Below, one piece after another: positions 28,931 through 39,109 of a stretch of 60,067 nt of DNA; position 1 is the stretch's first letter, and each line of letters begins with the position of its first letter. The position numbers and the translations under genes were made by a program. The stretch is from a virus (taxonomy: Duplodnaviria > Caudoviricetes), in IMG/VR virus record IMGVR_UViG_3300021964_000066, positions 1-60,067 of that record. One strand, 5' to 3'. The notes beneath the pieces are model-generated. The model searched no databases. It saw only the letters and a list, made by a program, of their open reading frames with translations, and was not told the DNA's origin.

Positions 28931-29361
28931 GTAAATATGCACAAGGCAAATTTCAAATACAAAATCCCAACAAGTACATAGGCAAAGGTACGCCTACATA
29001 CAGAAGTAGTTGGGAATTTGCTTTTATGCAGTTCTGCGATAATAACCCTGCAGTGCTACAATGGGCCAGTGAAGCCATACACGTTCCTTACAAAAATCCT
29101 TTTACAAACAAAAATACAATTTACGTACCTGACTTTTTGGTAATTTATGTGGACAAAAACGGCAAGCGCCATGGCGAAGTTATAGAAGTTAAACCCAGTA
29201 AAGAAACTACAATGGAAGCCGCCAAAACTGTTAAAGACAAAGCCGCAGTAGCACTGAACATGTTTAAATGGGAAGCAGCTCGCCATTTTTGCAAAGCACA
29301 TGGCCTAGTTTTTAGAATAGTCAACGAACAAGACATTTTCCACGGAACCAAAAAACGTTAA
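28927..29361 (+). CDS. gp4: Head completion nuclease
   Basis: QGKF...NP.KY.G, YRSSWE..FM.FCD.N..VL.WASE, Y.PDF, IEVKP and N..KW.AA motifs. Confidence 0.88.
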   Translation: MSKYAQGKFQIQNPNKYIGKGTPTYRSSWEFAFMQFCDNNPAVLQWASEAIHVPYKNPFTNKNTIYVPDFLVIYVDKNGKRHGEVIEVKPSKETTMEAAKTVKDKAAVALNMFKWEAARHFCKAHGLVFRIVNEQDIFHGTKKR

Positions 29362-29369
29362 ATAGTAAC

Positions 29370-29879
29370 ATGACTAAGAAATTAGAAGAACTATTTAATC
29401 TGTCAGAGCCTGAAGACAACGAGCCTGAACAAACTGTTAGCCCAGAAGAAGCCCGTGCAGCCATCGAAGCAAATCGAAGCGAACTTGCAGACATAGACAC
29501 TGCTATCGACAAAATTGATCAAGCACTGCCCACGGTACGAGACCTAAGTGCCAGTGACCAAGAGATGGACGAACTGGCAGAACTAGCCAAGGACAAGTTC
29601 AATGACCTTATGGATTTGGGTATGAACATGGAAGCACGTTTTAGCGGCACAGTGTTTCAGACTGCTGGCACATTGTTGGGGCATGCTATTACTGCCAAGC
29701 AGGCCAAGTTGGACAAAAAACTGCGTATGGTAGACTTGCAGTTGAAAAAAATGCGGTTGGACCATCAGATTAAGAAAGATCAGCAGACAGGAGACGTGCC
29801 AGAGCACGTTGAAGGGCAAGGAGTAGTGCTTGATAGAAATGCACTCTTGGCTGAAATTTTGAATAAACCCCGGCATTAA
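29370..29879 (+). CDS. Helical protein, possible terminase small subunit
   Basis: Size, coiled-coil character and position in the packaging region only. Confidence 0.4.
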   Translation: MTKKLEELFNLSEPEDNEPEQTVSPEEARAAIEANRSELADIDTAIDKIDQALPTVRDLSASDQEMDELAELAKDKFNDLMDLGMNMEARFSGTVFQTAGTLLGHAITAKQAKLDKKLRMVDLQLKKMRLDHQIKKDQQTGDVPEHVEGQGVVLDRNALLAEILNKPRH

Positions 29880-29918
29880 TTAGTCAAAAACGCTAAATAT
29901 CGTATAATAGGAACAATT

Positions 29919-30536
29919 ATGAAAAGTTTTAAAGCCTATCTAACAGAATCAACACGCACCTATGATTTTAAGGTGCGTATTGCAGGCGACCTTACAACAG
30001 AAGATGTTGATAAGATTAAAGTTGCACTTGAACAGTACAAAGTTGTCAGTGTAAGCAAACCAAAGAGTTCTCCAATTCACGAAACAGAACTATTTCCCAA
30101 CATGGGCCCAGTGGCTATTAATGTAATGGAAGTCAGTGTTGCTTATCCTGCAAGAGATGACATGATCCGTGCAGTCATTAACACAGGTGCTGGTATCAGC
30201 GCAGACAGAATTCGTGTTAACGGTCCTGACGGTGCTTTTGAAAGCATGCTGGCAGGCACAGAGCAGAGCAATCAACCAACAGATGCTCCAGTGCTTGAAA
30301 CACCAGAAATGAAAGCAGCCGAAGTACCCAAAGATTTTACTGGCGATGCACGTATCCCTAGTTTGATTAAGGAACTAGAAGAAACAAAGAAATATGAATA
30401 TCCCGAAGCAGCAGGCGGTGACACACCTGCAGCACAAACCACTAACGAGTTGCCAGTAGGTGAACTTAGTGCAATGGGCAGTACAAAACCAAATATACCT
30501 GACCCAATGAAAATGAAAGCAGGTAACGGAAAGTAA
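29919..30536 (+). CDS. Putative internal head protein
   Basis: N-terminus MKSFKAYLTE resembles T4 capsid-targeting sequences. Late promoter at 29894. Confidence 0.55.
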   Translation: MKSFKAYLTESTRTYDFKVRIAGDLTTEDVDKIKVALEQYKVVSVSKPKSSPIHETELFPNMGPVAINVMEVSVAYPARDDMIRAVINTGAGISADRIRVNGPDGAFESMLAGTEQSNQPTDAPVLETPEMKAAEVPKDFTGDARIPSLIKELEETKKYEYPEAAGGDTPAAQTTNELPVGELSAMGSTKPNIPDPMKMKAGNGK

Positions 30537-30540
30537 AACT

Positions 30541-32703
30541 ATGAGCAGCAACATCTATGACATCTTAAACAAGTTTAGCAGTTTAGAACAGCAACCTGAA
30601 CCTAAGGTAGAACAAAAACTTCAGGTAAAATCTAAATTGCAAGAAAGCATTGATAGCCTAAGTGAAAAATGGGCAGGAGATGCAGAAGTCAAACAAACAG
30701 GACAGTATGCAGACAAAACTACTGGCGAACTTAAAAAGATGTTAGGTAGTTTGCACAAAAGTGGTCCACACAAGCGTGGTAGTGCAGAAGACAAAAAACA
30801 AAAACAAATTAACTTTGCCTTAAGAGCCAAAGGTGGTTGGAAAAAAGGTGAAGGCGCTGCAATGAAAGAAGAAGGTGTGGCGGAAGGCAGCGGGGATAAA
30901 AGTTTTGAAGACATGAACCGTGCTGAACTGTTGGACTATTTGAACATGAGTCCAAAAGAAGCAGCCGACATGACTAACAAAGACCTGCGTGATGCCTGCG
31001 AAGAAAAAACCAAAGATGTCAGCGAAGTAGCACCTCCCGGCGCTAAAGCAGAACGTATGGTTAAGCATATTAAAAAGAGTTATGCCAAAGACGGCAAACT
31101 AACAGACAGAGAACGCGGCATCGCTTATGCTACAGCCTGGAAAGCACACAAAGCAGGTAAAGTAGAAGAAGCAGCCCAAGCACTTAAAACTCTTGTTGAT
31201 GCAGGAATGACAGCAGAGCAAATCACAGAAGGTTGGGATGACATGCTTAAGGCCGTTGAGAAAAAGCACAAGCAGGATAAAGAAGAAAAAGGCACTGGTA
31301 AATTTGATAAAAAGAAAATATCAACAGGCACAGTATATACACGCAAGTATGATGCTGATGGCATAAGCAACACAGATGATGAAGTCAAACCAGAAGGTGA
31401 AAAACGTAAGCGTGGACGTCCTAAGAAGAATGCTTTTGAAAGCAAGTCTACTGTAGAGAAAATGATCTCCGAAGCATATGAAGATGGTGTACAAAAATTC
31501 ATAGTAAAAGGCGATGATGTTCTTGGAAAAGATCCAGACAAAATGTCTGCATTTGACAAGATTAAAGCAGGAGTCAAAAAAGTAGCCAATGTGGTTGCCC
31601 CAGATGACGAAACACTACTAAAAGATTTAGAAAAGAAAACATTTGGTGAAGAAGACGAAGTAAGCCCACGTGAGCCAGAGGACATGAAAGAAGACAGTCA
31701 ACTGTCTTATGAACAGGACCTGCTTAAGAAGGCTGTCGGCGATCAAATGTACAACGAAATCGAAGCAGGCATGCAGGATTCGAATTTTAATTTGACAGCT
31801 AATGAACCATTGTATCATGCACTGTATGACTATTATACAGACAATGGGGAAATGCCCTACGATGTAGCAAAAGCACGTACAGGTACTCCTGATGAGTGGA
31901 TCATGAACAAAATGCAGGAACTGTTTGGCAGCACAGACCAAGAACAACAAGGACCAGAGGACAGCAACATGGATAAAGAACTAGAAGAAATGATGAGACT
32001 TGCAGGTATGCAAGCAGAAACAAAAATGTCAGAAGCAGACATGGAAGAAGGCAATGAATTTACTGCTGCCCGTGTTGCTGCTATCAAGGCAGGCAAAGAC
32101 AGTTTTACTGTAGATGGCAAAACTTATAAAGTAACTGGTGACACCAGCGACGAAAAGAAAATGGAAGAAGCAGTCACCGAAGGCGAAGAGTGTCCAAAAT
32201 GCCACTGCGATCCCTGTGAGTGTGATGACGACGACGACAAAGAAAAAATGGACGAATGTGGCCCAGGCTATGAAATGGATCAAGGTCAAGAAGGTCGCAT
32301 GAACGTCAGCACCAACATGAGCAGCGACGGTAACAAGAGTGTTACTATTAGTGCAGAAGGTGAAGCCGCAGAAGAACTAATGCAGATGTTGGCACTTGCT
32401 GGTATGAAAGCCAAACAGCCAATGCCGCAAGAAGAAAATGTACATCAGCAAATGGCTGCAGTTGAGGAAGAAAAAGATCCTCGCTATCAAGCCAATACAA
32501 CCCCTGAAGAGGAAGTCATGCCTGTACAGACACAGACCAAAGGTGGCAACGGTGAAGTAGCAGGACAAGAGAAAAAGATGCACAAAGATGGCGCTGCAAG
32601 ATTTAGCGACAACCCACTTGCAATGAAAGAATCTCAAGATGATTTAAGCAACATGGGTCGTGACCTAATGAAGCAGTACAACTCAATTAAGGTACAAAAA
32701 TGA
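30541..32703 (+). CDS. Large E/K-rich modular protein, putative prohead-protease-processed internal protein
   Basis: Highly charged. Modules separated by EEGVAEG/xxE junctions, with RLAG/ALAG helices. Confidence 0.55.
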   Translation: MSSNIYDILNKFSSLEQQPEPKVEQKLQVKSKLQESIDSLSEKWAGDAEVKQTGQYADKTTGELKKMLGSLHKSGPHKRGSAEDKKQKQINFALRAKGGWKKGEGAAMKEEGVAEGSGDKSFEDMNRAELLDYLNMSPKEAADMTNKDLRDACEEKTKDVSEVAPPGAKAERMVKHIKKSYAKDGKLTDRERGIAYATAWKAHKAGKVEEAAQALKTLVDAGMTAEQITEGWDDMLKAVEKKHKQDKEEKGTGKFDKKKISTGTVYTRKYDADGISNTDDEVKPEGEKRKRGRPKKNAFESKSTVEKMISEAYEDGVQKFIVKGDDVLGKDPDKMSAFDKIKAGVKKVANVVAPDDETLLKDLEKKTFGEEDEVSPREPEDMKEDSQLSYEQDLLKKAVGDQMYNEIEAGMQDSNFNLTANEPLYHALYDYYTDNGEMPYDVAKARTGTPDEWIMNKMQELFGSTDQEQQGPEDSNMDKELEEMMRLAGMQAETKMSEADMEEGNEFTAARVAAIKAGKDSFTVDGKTYKVTGDTSDEKKMEEAVTEGEECPKCHCDPCECDDDDDKEKMDECGPGYEMDQGQEGRMNVSTNMSSDGNKSVTISAEGEAAEELMQMLALAGMKAKQPMPQEENVHQQMAAVEEEKDPRYQANTTPEEEVMPVQTQTKGGNGEVAGQEKKMHKDGAARFSDNPLAMKESQDDLSNMGRDLMKQYNSIKVQK

Positions 32704-33107
32704 GAGCAAACCAATTCTTAGAATCCATCAGCGTTGACGATAATTTTGATATCGAGTTTGACAACTTTGTTATTGAAAGCAGTGTTGTAGGTTTTACAGA
32801 AGATGGTGTAGTCATTGAAGCAGACAGCAAAGCACTGGCACTATTAGGTGTTAGCGGTGCTTTGTTGGAAGCAGAGTATCAAGGTCGCAAGGTTCCATTG
32901 GGTAAACCGATGAGAGGCGATGTGAAAAAATTCAAAGTCTATGTAAAGAATCCCAAAGGTAATGTAGTGAAAGTTAACTTTGGTGATCCTAACATGCGTA
33001 TTAAAAAGTCTAATCCAGCAAGGCGTAAAAGTTTTAGAGCCAGACACAACTGTGCCAATCCTGGCCCAAGACATAAAGCACGCTACTGGTCATGCCGCAA
33101 GTGGTAA
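32700..33107 (+). CDS. Phage protein with basic C-terminal domain (RRKSFRARHNC...ARYWSCRKW)
   Basis: ATGA-coupled. Acidic N-terminal part and basic Cys/His-containing C-terminal part. Confidence 0.7.
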   Translation: MRANQFLESISVDDNFDIEFDNFVIESSVVGFTEDGVVIEADSKALALLGVSGALLEAEYQGRKVPLGKPMRGDVKKFKVYVKNPKGNVVKVNFGDPNMRIKKSNPARRKSFRARHNCANPGPRHKARYWSCRKW

Positions 33108-33108
33108 C

Positions 33109-33495
33109 ATGAAAATCCGTGACATAATTACAGAAGAAAAAAGTCAGGCAGGCATTACTAAACGCCAGCAAGAAGCCACACGGGGCCTCCATAGATTCAA
33201 GGACAAAGACAACCAAGACAGAGTCTATGAATTATATCGTGTTATGTTGGCCGCTGCTTGTTTAGACGGAGATAATGAATTACCTGACCATGTTGATCCA
33301 GAAAGTTGGGCAGGAAGGTATAATATTGCTGCTCCTTTGACTCCCCAGGAACAAAAAATGCTTAAACAAGCATATAAAGAAATCGGTAGTACTTATGTGG
33401 ACATTAACAATGGTGATCTACGCAGTATGGAATTAGGTTCTGTTAATAAAAAGAGTCCTACTGCTAAACCCAAAAAGAACAAATACGGTGTATAA
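33109..33495 (+). CDS. Hypothetical protein, putative internal head protein
   Basis: Start re-called to ATG 33109 (MKIRDIITE), 1 nt after the upstream stop. Confidence 0.65.
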   Translation: MKIRDIITEEKSQAGITKRQQEATRGLHRFKDKDNQDRVYELYRVMLAAACLDGDNELPDHVDPESWAGRYNIAAPLTPQEQKMLKQAYKEIGSTYVDINNGDLRSMELGSVNKKSPTAKPKKNKYGV

Positions 33496-33704
33496 TGGAC
33501 GAAGTACAAGAAATTAAAATGCTGGCAGGCATTAGTAATCGTCCTCAATGGCAGGAATATAACCCTGTCCATGAAAAGAACATGAGTTACACTGGCACCG
33601 AAAAATCTCGACTAATGAAAAAACATAAAATTAAACCAGGAACTGATGCCTGGTTTAAACTTTGGTTCTCTAAGCCATATATGACAGGCGAACGTCCTAT
33701 TTAA
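33495..33704 (+). CDS. Small phage protein (IKPGTDAWFKLWF)
   Basis: TAATG coupling to upstream gene. Confidence 0.65.
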   Translation: MDEVQEIKMLAGISNRPQWQEYNPVHEKNMSYTGTEKSRLMKKHKIKPGTDAWFKLWFSKPYMTGERPI

Positions 33705-34224
33705 CGGGCACAGTCAATCCCAAATATTGATACCAACTATCGTGCGGCACATGTACTGCTCGCATTTTCCATTTGTTAATTAAATGAAAGTGATCGGGTC
33801 TAAACGGTTTACGCAATGGTTTCCAAGTCTTAGTGCCTTTTTTATGATTGCAGGGCTTGCAGGCAGTTACACAGTTTTCCCATACAGTTTTTCCACCTTC
33901 TGCTCTGGGTACCACATGGTCAATAGTTAGTTCTTTTGCTTCAAACGTGTCTGAACAATATTGGCATTGATATAAGTCACGCAGAAACACATTAGTCCTA
34001 CTAAACTTTGCAGCCTTTTTGAACTTAAAATAGTCTTTGGTAACACAGACAGCAGGAACTTTCATGGTAATGTATTCACTATGAATGTCCCAATCTTCGT
34101 ATTCTTCTAATACAGTAACTCTGTCTAAAAAATATAGTTTGATAGCGTGTTGCCAACTAATAACACTTAGGGGTAGTACACTAATTGGATTGTAATCGCT
34201 GTTTAACAGTAGCGTAGTTGACAA
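33697..34224 (-). CDS. HNH endonuclease (McrA-like)
   Basis: RD.YQCQYC, LTIDHVVP...GG...WEN.VTAC..CN..KG; TTG start. Confidence 0.88.
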   Translation of the reverse strand: MSTTLLLNSDYNPISVLPLSVISWQHAIKLYFLDRVTVLEEYEDWDIHSEYITMKVPAVCVTKDYFKFKKAAKFSRTNVFLRDLYQCQYCSDTFEAKELTIDHVVPRAEGGKTVWENCVTACKPCNHKKGTKTWKPLRKPFRPDHFHLINKWKMRAVHVPHDSWYQYLGLTVPVK

Positions 34225-34292
34225 TTAAAACCTCACAGGGTTAGTTCATAAATATCTATTATATAGTATTTACTTACAAAGAGCAAGCAGAT

Positions 34293-35858
34293 ATGGCAAA
34301 AAGTTTGGAAGTTGTTTTAATCAAAAAACCAAACAGTGTTGAGTCCTATACAGAGCAGCAGATTAAAGAAATCGCAAAGTGCGCTGATCCAAAAACAGGA
34401 CCACAGTATTTTCTTGACAATTATTTTTACATTCAACACCCAACTCGTGGTAGAATGTTATACCAGCCCTTTGAATACCAAAAAAGATTGGTAGATACTT
34501 ACCACGGTTTTAGATACAGCATAAGTTTAATGCCTAGGCAAACTGGTAAATCAACAACTGCTGCTGGTTATCTACTTTGGTATGCCATGTTTGTGCCCGA
34601 CAGCACTATTTTGGTAGCAGCACACAAATACACTGGCTCGCAGGAAATTATGCAACGTATTCGTTATGGATATGAAAGCGTACCAGACTTTATACGTGCA
34701 GGCGTTACCAGTTATAACAAAGGCAGTATAGATTTTGACAACGGATCTCGTATAGTAAGTGCAACAACAACGGAAAACACAGGACGTGGTATGAGTATTT
34801 CCTTACTGTATTGTGACGAGTTTGCATTTGTGAGACCCAGCATTGCTAAAGAGTTTTGGACATCCATTAGTCCCACACTGGCTACAGGTGGTAAGTGTAT
34901 TATTACCAGTACGCCAAACAGTGACGAAGACCAATTTGCACTTATTTGGAGACAGGCAAACAAATGCCTGGACGAATACGGCAATGAAACAGAATTAGGT
35001 ATTAATGGATTCAAAGCATTTAGAAGTCGTTGGCAGGAACATCCCGACAGAGATGAAAAGTGGGAGATAGAACAACGGGCGCAATTGGGCGAAGAACGTT
35101 TTAGACGTGAAATGGAATGTGAATTTATTATCTTTGACGAAACGCTGATCAACCCTATAGTGCTAACTGAAATGGCTGGCATAGATCCTTTGGAAAAACA
35201 AGGACAGGTAAGATGGTATAAACAACCAGAGCGTGGTAGAACTTACGTTGTTAGTCTTGACCCCAGTCTTGGTACCGGAGGAGATTATGCTGCCATGCAA
35301 GTGCTTGAACTACCCACAATGAAACAGGTAGCAGAGTGGCAACACAATAAGACACCTATACAGCAGCAGGTAAAAATTCTTGCAGAAATAACTAAAACCT
35401 TAGTAGAAGTAGCAGGCACAGATAACGAAGTTTATTATAGTGTTGAAAACAACACCATAGGTGAAGCCACATTAGTTGCGATTGCTGAATACGGTGAGGA
35501 AAATATCAGAGGCATCTTCCTAAGTGAACCTGTAAAAGCAGGCAATGCTCGTAGATATAGAAAAGGATTTAATACCACAAACAGAAACAAACTTGCTGCC
35601 TGTGCTAAACTAAAAAATCTTGTTGAAAGCAAAAAAATCTTTTTAGCCAGTAAAGCATTAGTAAGTGAACTTAAAGTATTTGTAGCATCGGGCAGCGGAT
35701 TTGCAGCAAAAATAGGTGAACACGATGACTTGGTTATGGCATTGCTACTTGCAGTAAGAATGGCTACATTTTTACGTGAGTTTGACCCCAATCTTGATGA
35801 TAAACTTAAAGACGCCAGCGAAGAACTGCTAATGCCTATGCCCTTTGTAATGTCATGA
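34293..35858 (+). CDS. gp17: Terminase large subunit
   Basis: Walker A PRQTGKST, Walker B LLYCDEFAF, ITSTPN, nuclease D-P-S-L-G and HDDLVMA. Confidence 0.95.
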   Translation: MAKSLEVVLIKKPNSVESYTEQQIKEIAKCADPKTGPQYFLDNYFYIQHPTRGRMLYQPFEYQKRLVDTYHGFRYSISLMPRQTGKSTTAAGYLLWYAMFVPDSTILVAAHKYTGSQEIMQRIRYGYESVPDFIRAGVTSYNKGSIDFDNGSRIVSATTTENTGRGMSISLLYCDEFAFVRPSIAKEFWTSISPTLATGGKCIITSTPNSDEDQFALIWRQANKCLDEYGNETELGINGFKAFRSRWQEHPDRDEKWEIEQRAQLGEERFRREMECEFIIFDETLINPIVLTEMAGIDPLEKQGQVRWYKQPERGRTYVVSLDPSLGTGGDYAAMQVLELPTMKQVAEWQHNKTPIQQQVKILAEITKTLVEVAGTDNEVYYSVENNTIGEATLVAIAEYGEENIRGIFLSEPVKAGNARRYRKGFNTTNRNKLAACAKLKNLVESKKIFLASKALVSELKVFVASGSGFAAKIGEHDDLVMALLLAVRMATFLREFDPNLDDKLKDASEELLMPMPFVMS

Positions 35859-36385
35859 CAATAACCCCAATTGATAGTAAAAACGATTTATTTTTTGTTG
35901 AAAACATTTACCCACAAAACTTATTAGATGATCTACGTGCTGTCGATCATTTAGCAACTCCGGGAAGGTCAGAAGAAATGCAGGAAGACTGGCCCAGGAA
36001 GAAACTTTACCATACAGACAGTGTGTACGACACAATAAACAAGTATGTACAATCTATTCAAGCAGTAATTGAGGAAAGTATTAAAGTCAGATTTACATCT
36101 TGTGACACAGCGTTTTGGTTAGATTTACCCGGTTTTGACATGGAAAATCATCTCGATAATGATGGGGTATATGCAGCAATGCAAATCTATTTGACAGAAA
36201 ATACTAAGTCAATGCCCACAGTATTTTACAACAGTGCTGGCTCAGTGAGATTCGAACCTGAATATCGTGTTAATTCTGGATATTTGATGTTAAATAATAA
36301 GAATCAGTGGCATGCTATGCCTTATACTGTGCCAGACAATGAATATAGGCTAACCAGTTATACTTGGTTCTGGCGAAACGAATAA
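35855..36385 (+). CDS. 2OG-Fe(II) oxygenase-like protein
   Basis: H-x-D (NHLDN), QIYL, distal WH and R-x-S (YRLTSY). Confidence 0.65.
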   Translation: MTITPIDSKNDLFFVENIYPQNLLDDLRAVDHLATPGRSEEMQEDWPRKKLYHTDSVYDTINKYVQSIQAVIEESIKVRFTSCDTAFWLDLPGFDMENHLDNDGVYAAMQIYLTENTKSMPTVFYNSAGSVRFEPEYRVNSGYLMLNNKNQWHAMPYTVPDNEYRLTSYTWFWRNE

Positions 36386-36395
36386 ATACTAAACC

Positions 36396-38012
36396 ATGCT
36401 TGAAATAGAAAAAGTCTCAGAAAATTTATTCGATAAGATTCGTAGCCGTTTTACCAGTATTAATATTGGGGATGAAAACGCTAAGGCTACAGTCGACCCT
36501 ACTAAGGCACGATTTTTTAACTTTGACTTTACATACAACGGTGAAAATTATGGCAACATAACATTCAGTTTAGTAGATGAACAGGCAATTAAGGTATATT
36601 ACGATCAAGAAATAGACAAAGGCATGGACGCTGAGACACGTCAAGCATGGTACAATTTTCTTAAGGACATCAGACTGTTTGCAAAAAGACACATGATGAC
36701 TTTTGACATCAGAGACATAGCAAAATCAGGCCTAAACATAGCAGACCTTAAACACGCAAACAAAGACGCCGAAGTCTATGATGCAGGCGATATTCAAGTA
36801 ACCGAAGGCAAACTTTATGGCACAACTCGCAGTTCCTATCAAAAGATGGAAAGTGTGAGAATCATAGCAAGGCATTCTAAGCCAGTGGACGAACAACAGC
36901 TCGGTGCAAGAGCACGAAATATTAGGGCACTCTACATTGAGAATTCTGAAGGCGAACGTTTTAAATTACCCGAAGGCACCACACTAAACGGCGCAAGAGC
37001 ATATGCTAGACACGTTATGAACGGCGGACAAGTGCATGACGAGTTCGGACAACACATTGGTCAAATGATCAAAGAAATGTCTGACCTTAAGTTGTTCGCA
37101 CGTAATTGTCGTGGCAGAACTTTTGAGGATGCAGAAACTATGGCTATGGTTGAAGCAGCAGTTGATCATTATGGCACGTTGCACCGAGACTTATTTTCTC
37201 TAAAAGGACAAAAAGGTTACACCAATTATAAAGAATCATGGACAGCAACAGAGTCAATGGATAACATTGACATGGCGGCATTAAAGGAACGATTTACTCG
37301 CCGGGTTTTTGATGAGCGTTTGATGGATGCATTGCCCATTGTGCATCGTGCGTATGAAGAACGTAAAAACCGGGTCGGTGAAGAATTCGAAGCATGGGCA
37401 AACAGTTTACTAGACGAAGACGACGAAGATGGCGATTTTAGTCCATTTGCAAACAGTGCAGATCCTGAACGGGTAGAGATAGACACTGATGGTGGCAACA
37501 CCACACTGGATGAATTGTTTACCGAACACGGCTTCGAATTCAAATTTTTAGATGGCAAGTACTACTTTGAAAGTGAGCAAGAAGTAGAACGTGCTAAGGA
37601 CATCATAGCCGCACATGATCCCAAAATGAAATTCCCACCAATGGGAGTTTACAATTATGGCTATGGCGCATATGGTAGTACCACAAATGATTACGAAACT
37701 GGTACTTACAGTTCTTTGGGCATGGAAGAAAGTAAGGAACAAGGTGTAGAGGAAGGCATGTTTGGATTAAGCGATAAAGAAAAAGGCAGCATTATGAATG
37801 TTGTTGCGAAACTAAGCGATATTCCAGGTATGTGGGATCATAAAGCACAGACATTTACTGACCAAGGTATGGAAAAACTTGAGTCAGTCTTAAAGAACAA
37901 CAAAAAATACATCAAGTATGCAGTTAATCTGACAGCAGATGATTTTGAAGCAGATTTAGAAGAATCCAAAGATTTAGATTCGATCAAACGTTTGGCAGGT
38001 TTAGCCAAATAA
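36396..38012 (+). CDS. Hypothetical late protein (538 aa)
   Basis: Late promoter at 36383. Acidic C-terminal modules ending in SIKRLAGL. Confidence 0.65.
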   Translation: MLEIEKVSENLFDKIRSRFTSINIGDENAKATVDPTKARFFNFDFTYNGENYGNITFSLVDEQAIKVYYDQEIDKGMDAETRQAWYNFLKDIRLFAKRHMMTFDIRDIAKSGLNIADLKHANKDAEVYDAGDIQVTEGKLYGTTRSSYQKMESVRIIARHSKPVDEQQLGARARNIRALYIENSEGERFKLPEGTTLNGARAYARHVMNGGQVHDEFGQHIGQMIKEMSDLKLFARNCRGRTFEDAETMAMVEAAVDHYGTLHRDLFSLKGQKGYTNYKESWTATESMDNIDMAALKERFTRRVFDERLMDALPIVHRAYEERKNRVGEEFEAWANSLLDEDDEDGDFSPFANSADPERVEIDTDGGNTTLDELFTEHGFEFKFLDGKYYFESEQEVERAKDIIAAHDPKMKFPPMGVYNYGYGAYGSTTNDYETGTYSSLGMEESKEQGVEEGMFGLSDKEKGSIMNVVAKLSDIPGMWDHKAQTFTDQGMEKLESVLKNNKKYIKYAVNLTADDFEADLEESKDLDSIKRLAGLAK

Positions 38013-38036
38013 TTTTTACTACTATTTACATGTAAG

Positions 38037-39014
38037 ATGCAAGGCGCTCCTGTTCATCTATTAGAGCCAATTGAAGTTTCATCACAAATAATAAAAATAC
38101 GCACAGGCCATTTTTTGACTAAAAACTATGCCACAAAGGGGATAGAAATATTAATCCACGTACTAGGAACTAAGTACACCGGCCAAATGATTTATGTCAT
38201 CTCAGAAGACGGCGAAAATCTAAAATTAACAGGATTTGAGTATACTTTAAAATACTTGTGCGATATGTTTTCTATACCGTATAGTAGTGTTACTTTAGTA
38301 CAGCAGACATCTTCTGAGTTATATAAAACTATATATTTTCCTCTCCAAATCTTTAGTGTTATGCCGGAGTTTGTAGATGTAATTGACAAGAACTTGTCTG
38401 AGGCAAAATTTGTTGGCGCATCTATTGGTAGATTTTCTATTCAAAGACTACATATGGCACACAAATTAGATTTAGCATTTCCTAACGATAATTTTATGAT
38501 ATTTCAACAATCTTTAACTGATGTTGAATCAGGACTCCGTGGGTTTGAACAATATCTTGATCGAGAACTATCATGGCTGCAGGGCAAAATTTTTGACAAA
38601 GATATAATAAGTGACAATGGTTATGTTCACTGGAAAGACAGTTGCAAATCATACAATAACATTTGGAACAAGTATAATATTGAAATGGTAATTGAGACAG
38701 ATATTTTATCGGATGTTTGGTTTACTGAAAAAACTGGAAAATGTCTCGCTTCGGGAAAACCATTTGTATTGATGTCTGGCACTAAAAGTTTTGACACTTT
38801 AAGGAAGTTTGGGTTTAACACTTATAGTGCCCAAATTGATGAAAGTTATGACTTAGAAACATCGCTCTATAAGCGATTTGAACGTATGATTGAAAGTTTG
38901 AAAGAACTATATAATAGTCCAGACAAAGATAGTCGCATTGCCGAAATGTATAAAATAGCACAAGAAAATAAAAAATATTTTTTTTCGAACGAATTTGCGG
39001 CAAAAAAAATCTAA
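38037..39014 (+). CDS. Glycosyltransferase-like hypothetical protein (TEK...KPF...GF...DESYD)
   Basis: AT-rich ORF whose C-terminal motif resembles the GT10-type nucleotide-sugar-binding segment. Confidence 0.45.
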   Translation: MQGAPVHLLEPIEVSSQIIKIRTGHFLTKNYATKGIEILIHVLGTKYTGQMIYVISEDGENLKLTGFEYTLKYLCDMFSIPYSSVTLVQQTSSELYKTIYFPLQIFSVMPEFVDVIDKNLSEAKFVGASIGRFSIQRLHMAHKLDLAFPNDNFMIFQQSLTDVESGLRGFEQYLDRELSWLQGKIFDKDIISDNGYVHWKDSCKSYNNIWNKYNIEMVIETDILSDVWFTEKTGKCLASGKPFVLMSGTKSFDTLRKFGFNTYSAQIDESYDLETSLYKRFERMIESLKELYNSPDKDSRIAEMYKIAQENKKYFFSNEFAAKKI

Positions 39015-39022
39015 AAAAACAG

Positions 39023-39052
39023 TTGACAGACTAAATACTTTTGTTATACACT
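39023..39052 (+). promoter_or_regulatory. Sigma70-like promoter with nested late core upstream of gp32
   Basis: TTGACA-N18-TACACT, with TAAATA (39032-37) in the spacer. Confidence 0.6.
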
Positions 39053-39109
39053 TGCAAGGTGCAGTTGTATATCTAGGCACAACAAAGACCATCTTAAGGA
39101 GATTATATT

